Part shown: positions 47,596 through 62,052 of the stretch, one piece after another
Layout of the letters: the number at the start of each line of letters is the position of its first letter
Position numbering within the stretch: position 1 is the first letter of the stretch
Assembly (NCBI GenBank): GCA_002269645.1
Contig: NIVC01001388.1
Span: forward strand, 62,001-126,000
DNA length: 64,000 nt
Reading direction: 5' to 3'
Source of the DNA: Macrostomum lignano
Taxonomy: Eukaryota
Made by a program: the position numbers and the translations under genes
The notes under the pieces: generated by a model
The model's input: the letters and a program-made list of their open reading frames with translations, nothing else
Database searches by the model: none
What the model was told of the DNA's origin: nothing

Positions 47596-49027
47596 CAGTG
47601 TCTTGCTGACTGCGAGTCACCTGATGGACAAAGTGTAGTGTTTAAAGACAAACCAAGCGATTTGTGGGAGTTCCTAGATGGAGCAGACGGCTTTAAATAC
47701 ACATTGACTGAATCGTGTACAGCTCGGAATTCTCCGGATTCCAGATTTCAACACTGGGAGCGAAAGGCAGGAAGCTTCACATTGAAGGTTTCAAATTTTT
47801 AAGCTAATATCGAATTGCGCTGAAATTCTGTTGAAATACATGTAATTAAAATACAGGCTTTCGGACTGCTCCAAAACTGCTTATAAAATCACTCACAATG
47901 ATTGACTATATAGTTTCTTGTTGCACACTAGAAAGAAACCAAAAATCTTCCGAGCTATTCAATAAAACGCTTGAAATAATTTCTTCATGTGAATGTCCAT
48001 GATACTACTTTTGTACGCAGTAGCATGCGTGCGCAAATATTCTAGATTTTTTTAACGCATCAAACTGGTTTAACGGCTTTTTTCACTATAAAACTTTCAC
48101 AACTCTCATATACAAAAAATTTTCCACACCTCCACACCTCTACACCTCCATATTCTCCAGATTGGAAAAGAAGGTCCACGGACATTCGACTTTCAAGAAG
48201 CAAGCTCAGATACAAGATCATGTTGCATTTACCTAATTGATTTAGCAGCGTTCAACAACCAGAGCTGACGGCTATTCTGCCCATTCTGCAGGCTCCTGAG
48301 CACACACAGGCGCGCCAGTACTGTACGCACTCATGCACACACTCACACAGGTGTACAGCGTCCCAAACTTTCAAATCGTCAGGCATAGCTGTGAATCGCA
48401 CGACAACTGTTCCAATTTGCGTGCGCACAAGCCCCAAATTAATGTGTTTGCGCACGCAAGCGTTGTCCTACGTTGCGTTTCATGCGCCCTCGTCACATTT
48501 CTCTTAGAGCTTGATGAGTCGCATCTGCCGGCGGCTCTCTATAGCTATCTACTGTGACAGCGGGGCTGTCGCTTGAAAAGCTGGGAACAGGCTGCAAGGA
48601 CCTCTGAATAAACTTACCTGAAGTGTTTCTGAATTATGCTGGCACTCCACTACAGGTGGTCTTATTATACTCGTAGTTCTCTCCCTATCCAGACCTTCAA
48701 TAATAAGTGACAGAAAATCTGAGGCTGTTTCATTGATGTTAGCAACGCTGAGATTTGCAGTATGCTTTTGTAAAAGCCTGACAGCTAGGCTAATTGCTTT
48801 TAAAGGTAGTCGCTTTCCTTAGTTTTCTACCTAAGCTTTATTGCTTCACTTAATTGAAGTATTCTTGACAGGTCTATTTTTAGCAAGAATTGTAACAGCT
48901 AGTTCAGCCACGGTACAGTATTAGTTAGTACTAATATCAAGTAAGATCATGTAACATGTTGAGATTTCACTGCATGTAGCTTACTTTTGATGGAAACAAA
49001 ATCTAGATATCAATATCAATGCAGGAG

Positions 49028-49577
49028 TAAGTACAGTCTTAAGTACAGTACTCAAGTACAGCCTCAAGTACAGTACTCAAGTACAGCCTCAAGTACAGTA
49101 CTCAAGTACAGCCTCAAGTACAGTACTCAAGTACAGCCTCAAGTACAGTACTCAAGTACAGCCTCAAGTACAGTACTCAAGTACAGCCTCAAGTACAGTA
49201 CTCAAGTACAGCCTCAAGTACAGTACTCAAGTACAGCCTCAAGTACAGTACTCAAGTACAGCCTCAAGTACAGTACTCAAGTACAGCCTCAAGTACAGAA
49301 CTCAAGTACAGCCTCAAGTACAGAACTCAAGTACAGAACTCAAGTACAGCCTCAGTACATTACTCAAGTACAGCCTCAAGTACAGCCTCAAGTACAGTAC
49401 TCAAGTACAGCCTCAAGTACAGAACTCAAGTACAGCCTCAAGTACAGTACTCAAGTACGGCCTCAAGTACAGTACTCAAGTACAGCCTCAAGTACAGTAC
49501 TCAAGTACAGCCTCAAGTACAGTACTCAAGTACAGCCTCAAGTACAGTACTCAAGTACAGCCTCAAGTACAGTACTC
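49028..49577. repeat. 25-bp dimeric minisatellite (CAAGTACAGTACT + CAAGTACAGCCT)
   Basis: Alternating 13- and 12-bp subunits. Confidence 0.95.
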
Positions 49578-50226
49578 ACGTGCAGCCTGAAGTCATCGTA
49601 TCATTTTAAAGAGATTTTTTAGAGTCCACCATAGATCTTGTTTATGATCTTTGGAGTCCACTAACTAATCTAGCGCGATCGCCGTCTTTATGGTCTATGG
49701 CCACGACTTGCTAACCCCGTCGCTCTGTTTACAGAACCAACCTTCGCGAATATTTCATGAAAATAACGGCTGTTATCCTCTATGATATTTAAACGGCACC
49801 CTCTGATTTCCAATTTACGCCCTTAAACATGGGTATTAATATACTATTGACAGAAAATAACAAATTAAAAATAAAAAGAATAAATTAAAGACGAAAAACA
49901 AGATCAATTGTGCCTTTCAGGTCTAATCTATTAAGAAAAACAATGATTTTTGTCAAATGAAGGATCGACAAGGATCAAGCGCACACAGATTGATCATCTA
50001 AAAACATTTATTGTGCTGCAGAAGTACTTTGATTAAATACGAGTCGTACTTATAAAAAACTTATCAAAATCATCAAGGTTTTGTTGTCGAAATTAGTACA
50101 TAAAAAATAGAAATTAAAGAGTGTAAACTATCGGGCAACTGGTCAGCTGGTACAGTGTTCCCTACAGACTCTGATGAAGAGTATTGTTAAATCTGCAATT
50201 TGCGGTCGCACATGCAGTTGAATTGT

Positions 50227-50771
50227 TTAGAAGCTGCGCAGCATAGCGGCGATCAGGAGCGGCAGAGCCAGCGTCAGCGGCACGGCGGCGCGCACGGCAC
50301 CGAAGGCGGAGTTGCACTGGTCGCTGGCGCAGGCAGAGCAGCCGTACGAGGATGGCAAGAGGCTGCTGCACGTGCCACAGCCGCCGACGTATTGCTGCAA
50401 AAGAGAATTCAGTGCAAGCAGCAGGTCAGCCATTTTGATAGATTAGAAGGCTTGAACTACTAATGTAACTGCCTACCGTGCCGGTGTACGATTCCGCGAA
50501 AGTGATGCTCGATGCCGCTGTCGTAGTGGTGACGGAGTACTTGAAGCAGGTGGAGTAGCTGCTGCCGCACTCCAGAGCCAAGGGAGTGCCACCGGTGATG
50601 CCGCTGTAGCTGTACACCAGGCACTTGATGGCCTGGCCAGCGCCTGAGGGAGTGACGAAGGTGACACGGTGCGAGTCCTGCAGTGCGACTCAAGCACAAC
50701 TCCCCCAATCACTTACCGATCATGGAGGCCAGGACCAGCAGTCCCAGGCAGATGTAGCTGGACTTGTTCAT
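50227..50771 (-). CDS. GPI-anchored three-finger protein, copy 5, 129 aa, 3 exons
   Basis: Exons 50771-50717, 50643-50477, 50394-50227. Protein MNKSSYICLGLLVLASMIGAGQAIKCLVY...LECGSSYSTCFK...GGCGTCSSLLPSSYGCSACASDQCNSAF...LRSF. Confidence 0.87.
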
Positions 50772-50865
50772 CTCGGTGCTGCTTGGTAAAGGTTGACTGA
50801 TTCTGGGCGATTAATAGATGCAGGAGAAGGCGCGCTCTGGAGCGGAGAAGCGCGAGTTTGGGCGC

Positions 50866-50880
50866 CTTTTTATAGACTTG
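50866..50880 (-). promoter_or_regulatory. TATA box of three-finger gene copy 5
   Basis: CAAGTCTATAAAAAG on the minus strand, about 95 bp upstream of the ATG. Confidence 0.7.
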
Positions 50881-51431
50881 CTGGGCGGCACGCTCCCGCG
50901 GGAAAACGTGCGGCTGAGGGTGGGTGGTCAGAGACTGCAAATCTTGCGCTTTAGGGTAGGGGGGTGTAGGGTAGAGTCTTAGGGCCCTGTTAGTAGCACC
51001 TTTGTATCTTCTTACTCCGTTGCTACCGCGTTCCTAGCAACTGGCGCAGGCCCCCCCCCCTACTTGAATGCTTTGATTGACAGTATCCACAACCACTACG
51101 TCTGCGCTACGGGGCCAGAGAGAAGGGGGTGAGGGGATGAAGAACGCCTTGAGTACAGATAGCAGGCATTTTTAAAATGAAAAAATGAATGCATACTTGC
51201 ACAATGCCGCGAGAAACACAATACCGCTGGGCCAAAACTTTGTTATTAGGGGGGGGGGGCTGAGATTGAATGCTACTGGCATTGGATACCATGGCAACGC
51301 AGCTTCTCTTCTGTATTCTCTGCTCCCTCTCTGCTGTCTGCCTCTCTTTCACTCATTCTGTGAGTTTTTTAATCTCTTCCAAAGGCGCATTCCTGTCGAA
51401 GTAGTCTAGCCATTCTCAAAACTAGTTTGAA

Positions 51432-54400
51432 AATCACTCCAATCTCTGTGTGAGGATCAATCCAATCTCTTTGTAAGAATCACTCCAATCTGTGTGGGAG
51501 AGTCACTCAAATCTCTGTGTGAGAATCACTCCAATCTGTGTGAGAATCACTCCAATCAGTGTGAGAATCACTCCAATCTCTGTGTGAGAATGACTCCAAT
51601 CTCTGTGTGAGAATGACTCCAATCTCTGTGTGAGAATCACTCCAATCTCTGTGTGAGAATCACTCTAATCTGTGTGAGAATCACTCTAATCTCTTTGTGA
51701 GAATCACTCTAATCTGTGTGAGAATCACTCTAATCTCTTTGTGAGAATGTCTACAATCTGTGTGGGAGAGTCACTCCAATCTATGTGTGAGAATCACTCC
51801 AATCTGTGTGAGAATCACTCCAATCTGCATGAAAATCACTCCAATCTCTTTGTGAGAATCACTCCAATCAGTGTGAGAATCACTCCAATCTCTGTGTGAG
51901 AATGACTCCAATCTGTGTGAGAATCACTCCAATCAGTGTGAGAATCACTCCAATCTCTGTGTGAGAATCACTCCAATCTCTGTGTGAGAATCACTTCAAT
52001 CAGTGTGAGAATCACTCCAATCTGTGTGAGAATCACTCCAATCAGTGTGAGAATCACTCCAATCTGTGTGGGAGAATCACTCCAATCTCTGTGGGAGAAT
52101 CACTCCAATCTCTGTGTAAGAATCACTCCAATCTGTGTGAGAATCAATCCAATCTCTTTGTAAGAATCACTCCAATCTGTGTGGAAGAGTCACTCAAATC
52201 TCTGTGTGAGAATCACTCCAATCAGTGTGAGAATCACTCCAATCTCTGTGTGAGAATCACTCCAATCTCTTTGTAAGAATCACTCCAATCTGTGTGGGAG
52301 AGTCACTCCAATCTCTGTGTGAGAATCACTCCAATCTCTTTGTAAGAATCACTCCAATCTGTGTGGGAGAGTCACTCCAATCTCTGTGTGAGAATCACTC
52401 CAATCAGTGTGAGAATCACTCCAATCTCTGTGTGAGAATCACTCCAATCTCTGTGTGAGAATCACTCCAATCTCTGTGTGAGAATCACTCCAATTTGTGT
52501 GAGAATCACTCCCATCTGCGTGAGAATCACTTCAATCTCTGTGTGAGAATTACTCCAATTTGTGTGTGTGAGAATCACTCCAACCTGCATGAGAACAACT
52601 CCAATCAGTGTGTGAGAATCACTCCAATCTCTGTGTAAGAATCACTCCAATCAGTGTGAGAATCACTCCAATCTGCATGAGAATCACTCCAATCTCTGTG
52701 TGAGAATCACTCCAATCTCTGTGTGAGAATCACTCTAATCTGTGTGAGAATCACTCTAATATCTTTTTGAGAATGACTCCAATCTGTGTGGGAGAGTCAC
52801 TCCAATCTCTGTGTGAGAATCACTCCAATCAGTGTGAGAATCACTCCAATCAGTGTGAGAATCACTCCAATCTCTGTGTAAGAATCACTCCAATCTGTGT
52901 GAGAATCACTCCAATCTGTGTGAGAATCACTTTAATCTCTGTGTGAGAATTACTCCAATTTGTGTGTGTGAGAATCACTCCAACCTGCATGAGAATCACT
53001 CCAATCTGTGTGAGAATCACTCCAATCTGTGTGAGAATCACTCCAATCTGTGTGAGAATCACTCTAATCAGTGTGAGAATCACTCCAATTTCTGTGAGAA
53101 CAACTCCAATCAGTGTGTGAGTATCACTCCAATCTCTGTGTGAGAATCACTCCAATCTCTGTGTGAGAATCACTCTAATCTGTGTGAGAATCACTCTAAT
53201 ATCTTTTTGAGAATGACTCCAATCTGTGTGGGAGAGTCACTCCAATCTCTGTGTGAGAATCACTCCAATCAGTGTGAGAATCACTCCAATCAGTGTGAGA
53301 ATCACTCCAATCTCTGTGTAAGAATCACTCCAATCTGTGTGAGAATCACTCCAATCTGCATGAGAATAACTCCAATCTCTGTGAGAATGACTCCAATCTG
53401 TATGAGAATCACTTCAATCAGTGTGAGAATCACTCCAATCTCTGTGTAAGAATCACTCCAATCTGTGTGAGAATCACTCCAATCTGCATGAGAATAACTC
53501 CAATCTCTGTGAGAATGACTCCAATCTGTATGAGAATCACTCCAATCTGTGTGAGAATCACTTTAATCTCTGTGTGAGAATTACTCCAATTTGTGTGTGT
53601 GAGAATCACTCCAACCTGCATGAGAATCACTCCAATCTGTGTGAGAATCACTCCAATCTGTGTGAGAATCACTCCAATCTGTGTGAGAATCACTCTAATC
53701 AGTGTGAGAATCACTCCAATTTCTGTGAGAACAACTCCAATCAGTGTGTGAGTATCACTCCAATCTCTGTGTGAGAATCACTCCATTATCTGTGTGAGAA
53801 TCACTCCAATCAGTGTGAGAATCACTCTAATCTCTTTGTGAGAATGACTCCAATCTGTGTGGGAGAGTCATTCCAATCTCTGTGTGAGAATCACTCCAAT
53901 CTCTGTGTGAGAATCACTCCAATCAGTGTGAGAATCACTCTAATCTCTGTGAGAACAACTCCAATCAGTGTGTGAGAATCACTCCAATATCTGTGTGAGA
54001 ATCACTCCAATCAGTGTGAGAATCACTCCAATCAGTGTGAGAATCACTCCAATCTCTGTGTAAGAATCACTCCAATCTGTGTGAGAATCACTCCAATCTG
54101 CATGAGAATAACTCCAATCTCTGTGAGAATGACTCCAATCTGTATGAGAATCACTTCAATCAGTGTGAGAATCACTCCAATCTCTGTGTAAGAATCACTC
54201 CAATCTGTGTGAGAATCACTCCAATCTGCATGAGAATAACTCCAATCTCTGTGAGAATGACTCCAATCTGTATGAGAATCACTCCAATCTGCGTGTGAGA
54301 ATCACTCCAATCTGTGTGAGAATCACTCTAATCTGCGTGAGAATCACTTCAATCTCTGTGTGAGAATTAATCCAATTTGTGTGTGTGAGAATCACTCCAA

Positions 54401-55575
54401 CCTGCATGAGAATCACTCCAATCTCTGTGTGAGAATCACTCCAATCTGCGTGAGAATCACTTCAATCTCTGTGTGAGAATTACTCCAATTTGTGTGTGTG
54501 AGAATCACTCCAACCTGCATGAGAATCACTCTAATCTCTGTGTGAGAATCACTCCAATCTGTGTGAGAATCACTCCAATCTGTGTGAGAATGACTCCAAT
54601 CTCTGTGAGAACAACTCCAATCAGTGTGTGAGAATCACTCCAATCTCTGTGTGAGAATCACTCCATTATCTGTGTGAGAATCACTCCAATCTGTGTGAGA
54701 ATCACTCTAATCTCTTTGTGAGAATGACTCAAATCTGTGTGGGAGAGTCACTCCAATCTCTGTGTGAGAATCACTCCAATCCCTGCGTGAGAATAATCCA
54801 ATCTCTGTGTGAGAATCATTCCAATCGGTGTGAGAATCACTTTAATCTCTTTGTGAGAATGACTCCAATCTGTGTGTGAGAATGACTCCAAGTGTGAGAA
54901 TCACTCCGATATGTATGTGAGAATCCTCCAATCTGCGTGTGAATCACTCCAATCTCTGTGTGAGAATCACTCCAATCTCTGTGTGAGAATCACTCCAATC
55001 TGTGTGTGAGAATCACTCCAATCTGCGTGTGAGAATCACTCCAATCTGTGTGAGAATCACTCCAATCTGTGTGTGAGAATCACTCCAATCTGCGTGTGAG
55101 AATCACTCCAATCTGCGTGAGAATCATTCCAATCTGTGTGTGAGAATCACTCCAATCTGTGTGTGAGAATCACTCCAATCTGCGTGTGAGAATCACTCCA
55201 ATCTGCGTGAGAATCATTCCAATCTCTGTGTGAGAATCACTCCAATCTGTGTGTGAGAATCACTCCAATCTGCGTGTGAGAATCACTCCAATCTGTGTGA
55301 GAATTACTCCAATCTGTGTGTGAGAATCACTCCAACCTGCATGAGAATCACTCCAATCTGCGTGAGAATCATTCCAATCTCTGTGTGAGAATCACTCCAA
55401 TCTGTGTGTGAGAATCACTCCAATCTGCGTGTGAGAATCACTCCAATCTGTGTGAGAATTACTCCAATCTGTGTGTGAGAATCACTCCAACCTGCATGAG
55501 AATCACTCCAATCTGTGTGAGAATCATTCCAATCTGTGTGTGAGAATCACTCCTACCTGCATCAGAGTCACTCTA
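51432..55575. repeat. Heterogeneous 21/23-bp minisatellite (GAGAATCACTCCAATCT[CT]GTGT)
   Basis: Directly visible, about 4.1 kb, with internal multi-unit duplications. Confidence 0.96.
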
Positions 55576-55679
55576 ATCTGTATAATGTATAAACGTAAAA
55601 TCTTTATAAAAATTTCTATAATGACACACGGAAGTATTTTAACCGATATATTGTTTTATAAGTTTTATAAGACGAAGAA

Positions 55680-57432
55680 ATGCGTCTTTTTCTCTAATGA
55701 TTGAAACACTTCGAAATACTCGTAGTAATCGATAATAGACCGCTGGAGCCGATCTTAAATAAGTATACTTTGGACCAAATCGATAAACCAAGGTTTCAGC
55801 GACTGCACCAGAAGTCAGACTGTTTCAGACTGTTTCAGACTGTTTCCAGCATACAGCCAGATGGATTAAAGGCAGTATTCACAAGGACGCAGATGCACTA
55901 TCAAGGGCCCCAGTGGATCAGGCTAAGAGTGATGATGAAATTGCAGAGGATCACAAGGAGAGTCTTACTCTAGCCATTAACGAGTTGTCTGCTTCGGACA
56001 GTAAAGTACTGCAAGTGTCCAAAAGCGATTCCGAATATCAAGAACTGAAGTTGATGATTCTCGATGGATTTCCTGACGAGAAAGATAATTTTCCGCTGTC
56101 TCTGAGGCCATACTGGAGCATGCGTGAGAATTTCGCTGTTGAAGCAAAACTAATACTAGTTGGAAAGAGATTATTGATACCGAAAGAGATGAGACGAGAA
56201 GTGCTCGAACACCTGCTAAGTATGCACCACGGAGCAGCAAAGATGAAGGAGAGAGCGCGCCTGTCGTTTTATTGGCCTGGCATTGACAACGACATTGTGA
56301 ATGTAGCAAAACACTGTGTAAGATGTCAAGAGAATCTTCCGAGTCAGCAGAAGGAGCCAATGTTAAGGGGAGAAGAGCCCGATAGAGTGTTCCAGCCCCT
56401 TCACATTGATCTGTTCGAATTTGGAGGGAAGAGTTTCTTGGTAACAGCCAATGGCAAGTCCGGATGGGTGAGACTCGACAGTCTGGGTTCTCACGCGCCA
56501 ACATACAAAATTATAAATTACCTGAGGCAGAGATTTTGCCAGAAAGGAGTTCCCGATGTCATTTGGAGCGACAACGGACCGCAGTTCACGGCAAAGCCAT
56601 TCCAGCGATTCCTGGAGCGATGGGAAGTTGAGAGTCGGACGTCATCTCCAAGGTATCCGCAAAGTAACGGAAAGGCGGAGGCCGCAGTAAAGGCCATGAA
56701 AAAAACTGATGAGAGGCAGCTGGAACTCCATTTACGTGAGCCAGACTGGGACAAACTGAGCAAAGGACTCCTGATCTACATCAACTCACCTCGATACGAT
56801 GGCCGATCACCAGCACAAATAGTGTTCTGACACCCAGTCAAGGACACATTACCAATTCATCGGCGTGCATTTGCCAAAGAGTGGCAACAAGCAGCTGACG
56901 AAGTAGAAGCAAGGGCAATTTCCAAGCACGAGAAGGTGAAACAGCACTACAACACGTCTGCAAAGGAGTTACCGAAATTGAAGGTGGCTGATCGCGTGGC
57001 AATTCAAGACTCACAGACCAGGAAATGGGACCACTACGGAGTGATCGTTGAGGTAATGCGCAACAACGACTTCCTAGTCAGACTAACCAGCGAAAGAGTT
57101 CTACGTAGGAACCGGAGGTTTCTGGCGAGGCGATTGCCCATGATGGTTGAGAACCGACAAAGGAAGCCAGAACCACAAGGCGCAGGACTAGGGACCAGTG
57201 GAATCGAACAGAATGAACCTCGTTGCAGCCGGCGAATCAGGAGACCCGCGGAGAGGATCCAAGCCGATCCCCGCAAAAAGTCCTAAGTTCCAAAAGACTT
57301 TAAAGGGGGAGATGTTGTATTGTTGTCTATTGTCTATGTTATACCCAAGAAATACGAGCGTATATCGTTTTGAGCTCGAGCTCTCAAGTGAGAGAGCAAA
57401 GTTTTTCTGTTCGCTCAACTCGCATCGCAACA
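55680..57432 (+). mobile_element. Gypsy element 3' remnant E (RNase H end, integrase, PPT, short LTR candidate)
   Basis: HLLSMHHGAAKMK...YWPG...CVRCQ, WSDNGPQF, YPQSNGKAE, with stops and frameshifts. PPT AAAGGGGGAGA, then TGTTG (57313)...CAACA (57432). Confidence 0.85.
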
Positions 57433-58040
57433 CTTGAAATGGTACTTTATAATTTTTCGATGTTTTTTTACGAGGGAAGGGACTCCAATTGAGCACACTC
57501 AATTGCGGGTAATGGCCCAACGCATCACTCATTTAATTAATTGATACTATGGTTATCTATAACTGATTAGATTAAAATGCTCCCGCAATCTGTGTAGGTT
57601 ATGAAGTTAAAAGTTCAAATTTATGTTAGGCGGTCTTAATTCATTGTGCGCCACTGTACATGTTTGCGCTCAGCTCTTAATTCGCTTCCAGTGAAGTTAG
57701 TTTTTTTTCACTGGCAGCGTTGCGAAACAGGTTCCCTTTAAGAACCCTCGATCACCAGGAAGGACCCTGGTCTCAGCTCACCTTCACCAGACTGCTGACA
57801 CTTTGACAACCCCGACAACTGAGTTCCGCGTGCGCGCTGCACCCTATTAAACCCGGCAAAACTCAAACTTTTTCTTCCGTAGTCACTGTGTGTTTCCCAG
57901 TTGGCTGTTTGATAAGGCACAAATCTGTAACTGCGTGCTTACAGAAATGTATGAGATAAGGATCAATGTTTGCAAAATTTTCCCTGCGACCAGAACACAG
58001 TGGCTGTTTGATAAACACTTTATCATTTTTAATTTCACTA

Positions 58041-58300
58041 TCGGACTCGACTTTGGGTTCGATTTCCGATCCCACTGGAACAATTCGAGTCCCTGAGCTG
58101 AGGACACTTAACTCTGCATTGCTTCAGTTCACCCAGCTGTAAAATGGGTGCCAGCATTAGCTGGGGTAATTAAGGGTGTGTGGCGACCCCCAGCAGTCCT
58201 TGGACTGAACAGCCGTACGCAGCTTTCAGATGCGCCGCGCAATTGCTGCGGCTGAGCTGTCGGTAGCACGTCTGCCATAAGGGCAGTTGTAATAAAAAAA
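58041..58300 (+). mobile_element. SINE copy 2, 5'-degraded
   Basis: Homologous to 45975-46286 from GGACTC/GGTTCG through the tail. Confidence 0.85.
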
Positions 58301-59169
58301 ATATTGAACATAATTAACAGTGCAAACTATAGGCTCTGACCGTAGAAGGAGGCGCTGAAGCTTCCAGGTTCCGGGTAATATCTGTCGAAGCTCAAGGATA
58401 TTAAGGCAGAGTCTGGTTGCAGAGAGATGTTAAAATCTTACCGTAATGTGCTACTTAAAGTAAAAATCTAAGAAAAATCAATCTAAATCTGCAGCCAAAA
58501 ATTTTTTCATGAGTCGTGTAAACAGTGGCAAAGAAGCCTACATAGGACCAACGTTTGTTTGATCAAGTTACCAGAATTCAGCAGCTTCCATTGCTTCTGA
58601 TTCGATCTCGCTTTTAGTCAACTTCAGATAAAGTCAAGCAAGCACCCCCTGAGACAAGCAGAAAGCTCACGAGCACCTTTCGAGACCACAGCCAGATGTC
58701 GGAAAATCACAGGAGGAGCACGCATAGGTTTCAAAGTTAGTTTAATGCCGAAGATTTGTATATAGCTACATAGGCATTTGTTCCCCAGTGTCTAGAAGTG
58801 GAAGTTTTGAGTGACTGATCACCACTCTTAAACTCTTCACTGTGGTTTCGGCGAAGCTGGCAGACACGCAGATGCCAGCAAGGGAGCCGATGACAACCGC
58901 TAAGAATTGAGAATAATCTCTGCGTGATACGTTAAGAGAATTTTCTAGAAAAAGATTCAATGGGAAACTTGACTTTACACTAGTGACAGAGTATAGTACC
59001 TGTGGGTTCGAATCAGAGTGCGGTCACACTTCAACTAAAGTTGGCCCCGTGCGCTTCACGACAGCCAATGACGGCCAACCCTCGAGGCACAGAAAAGTAT
59101 GGCCACTGTACACTTTAAGTGGCACTGTACATGCTAGAGGTCGGCCTCTCTCTCTGGAAGAACATGTCG

Positions 59170-59850
59170 AGGTTGTAGACTAGTAGGGGGGTTGTAGACT
59201 AGAAGTACGCTCGTAGGAGGGTTGTAGACTATCTAGTAGTGGGGTTGTAGACTAGAAGTACGCTCGTAGGAGGGTTGTAGACTAGTAGGGGGGTTGTAGA
59301 CTAGTAGGGGGGTTGTAGACTAGTAGGGGGTTGTAGACTAGTAGGGGGTTGTATACTAGTAGGGGGTTATAGACTAGTAGGGGGTTGTAGACTAGTAGGG
59401 GGTTGTAGACTAGTAGGGGGGTTGTAGACTAGTAGGGGGTTGTAGCCTAGTAGGGGGTTGTAGACTAGTAGGGGGGTTGTAGACTAGTAGGGGGTTGTAT
59501 ACTAGTAGGGGGTTGTAGACTAGTAGGGGGGTTGTCGACTAGTAGGTGGGTTGTAGACTAGTAGGGGGTTGTAGACTAGTAGGGGGTTGTAGCCTAGTAG
59601 GGGGGTTGTAGCCTAGTAGGAGGGTTGTAGACTAGTAGAGGGGTTGTAGCCTAGTAGGAGGGTTGTAGACTAGTAGAGGGGTTGTAGCCTAGTAGGAGGG
59701 TTGTAGACTAGTAGGTGGGTTGTAGACTAGTAGGGGGTTGTAGACTAGTAGGAGGGTTGTAGCCTAGTAGAGGGGTTGTAGCCTAGTAGGAGGGTTGTAG
59801 CCTAGTAGGAGGGTTGTAGCCTAGTAGGGGGTTGTAGACTAGTAGGGGGG
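59170..59850. repeat. 18-bp minisatellite (GGGGTTGTAGACTAGTAG / GGGGTTGTAGCCTAGTAG)
   Basis: Directly visible, runs into SINE copy 3. Confidence 0.93.
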
Positions 59851-60085
59851 TTTTTAGAGCGTCGAACTCCCGATTCCCGATCCCACTGCAAGAATTTGTG
59901 CTGTAAAATGGGTGCCAGCATTAGCTGGGGTAATTGAGGGTGTGAGTGGCGACCCCAGCAGTCCTTGGACTGAACAGCCGTACGCAGCCTTCAGATGCGC
60001 CGCGCAATAGCTGCGGCTGAGCTGTCGGTTGCACGTCTGGCCCAATTGGGCAGATGTAACCAGTTATTATTATTATTATTATTTT
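59846..60085 (+). mobile_element. SINE copy 3, internally deleted head and core
   Basis: The body from GCTGTAAAATGGGTGCC to the (TTA)n tail matches the other copies. Confidence 0.85.
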
Positions 60086-60683
60086 GCGTTAAGCATTGTT
60101 TGGGAACTGTATTATACACCGTTGCCATGACTACAGCATTACAAGGATATGCAGCGCTGATTGCCAACCTGATATTATTTACTTCCAAAGAGTCAGGCGC
60201 ACTGCGGATTTAAGCCGAAGCGAATTTCAGTAGATATTCTGTCCGATTAACTGTTTTGCTCTACAAAAGCAATTCAATTCAACCGGATTAGCAGTCACTG
60301 CAAGCAATGTATCTACTTAAATTTCCAAATTCTGACAGTCATGCGAGCCAAAAAATATGATTCCCAAAATTTTATCGACAGAGCTGATTGACCTTAAGTG
60401 GAATTTCAAATCAGAATTCATATCGCATTTATGAGTCATAGCAACAGGGTGGGAGCTTGCGAGTACTGAGTGCGACAGTCTAATAAGCGTGGTCAATGAA
60501 GGAAGAATATGTGAATATTGAAGTAATGACGTGGACCAAACTAGCTTTACCTGTTAACAACAACAAAAGCATTTTTTGGCTTCAGCTGCAACAGCGAAGT
60601 TGTCATTCTTGTGTCTTGTGTTCTCCGGTATTCTTTGGTTCGTGCAACCAAAGAGTTCTATAATTAGCATCTGGAGAATGCTT

Positions 60684-60824
60684 CTTAGTCTTAGTGTCTT
60701 AGTGTCTTAGTGTCTTAGTGTCTTAGTGTCTTAGTGTCTTAGTGTCTTAGTGTCTTAGTGTCTTAGTGTCTTAGTGTCTTAGTGCCTTAGTGTCTTAGTG
60801 TCTTAGTGTCTTAGTGTCTTAGTG
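60684..60824. repeat. (TTAGTGTC)n 8-bp repeat
   Basis: Directly visible. Confidence 0.97.
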
Positions 60825-60831
60825 TATTTGT

Positions 60832-61155
<324 letters not shown>

Positions 61156-61904
61156 TCTTACTGTCTTAGTTCTATGGCAGAGTATTTTGAGAAGATTCTT
61201 AAAACAATTATTGGTAAGGTACGAGTAGTTGCTCCTAAAAATTACAAAGACGTGGGTAGGAATTGATGACAACGAGATCAATGAGAACTCTCAAAGTAAA
61301 CACCATTTATTTATATATCACTCACTGTTAGGATAAAGCTATTAGATAAAATTTGATTAGTGCACAGTTTTAATTAATCAAAGTTATTCGAAAAAAATTA
61401 AAAAAGCCACCATTTTCATTGTTGTTTAAGAGAGATGAAATTTTTCTTTACTGACTTTTTGGACCGAAAGAAGGCCAAAGTGGTTGGCAATTGACGACAG
61501 TCAAAGATGCATCGAGATTTAATGAAAGCTTTCAAGAAAGAAAACCTGATTTAATGTGGTGCTTTACATTGAATAAAAACTTGAAAAGAACGCAATGTAC
61601 TTTAACTGGGAACTCTGGAAGGGTAAGAAAGGTAGCAGTTTATGTGAATAATATCTTTTCTAATTACACGCAAAGTTTGGTTAATACATTCAAATGGCGC
61701 TAGAGATCGATCGATACAAAAATGCCGAATGCAATGGTCGATGCGGATATCACTGGATTTCAGATTTCGAAGTCAGTTCTTTGTATTGTGAAATATTTTC
61801 GGGCTTAACAGCATGTGGTGAGTTTGAACTTGCTATGTAAGCAGGAGTTGTGCTTTTGAGTTACTTTCAAGTCTGGTAGGGTATTAATGTTTACTGTTGA
61901 AGTT

Positions 61905-62052
61905 CATAGACTTGCTACTGTCTTCACTGCTGCAGGTCATAGACCTGCTACTGTCTTCACTGCTGTAGGTCATAGACCTGCTACTGTCCTCACTGCTGTA
62001 GGTCATAGACCTGCTACTGTCTTCACTGCTGTAGGTCATAGACCTGCTACTG
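61905..62052. repeat. 33-bp tandem repeat, about 4 units
   Basis: CATAGACCTGCTACTGTCTTCACTGCTGTAGGT. Confidence 0.9.

Noticed and set aside
49629-49700. 72-bp stretch bounded by CCATAGA...TCTATGG, with the CCATAGA word recurring elsewhere in the window
   Set aside because: The inverted match is only 7 bp, with no clear TSD and no second full copy. Not enough to call an element.
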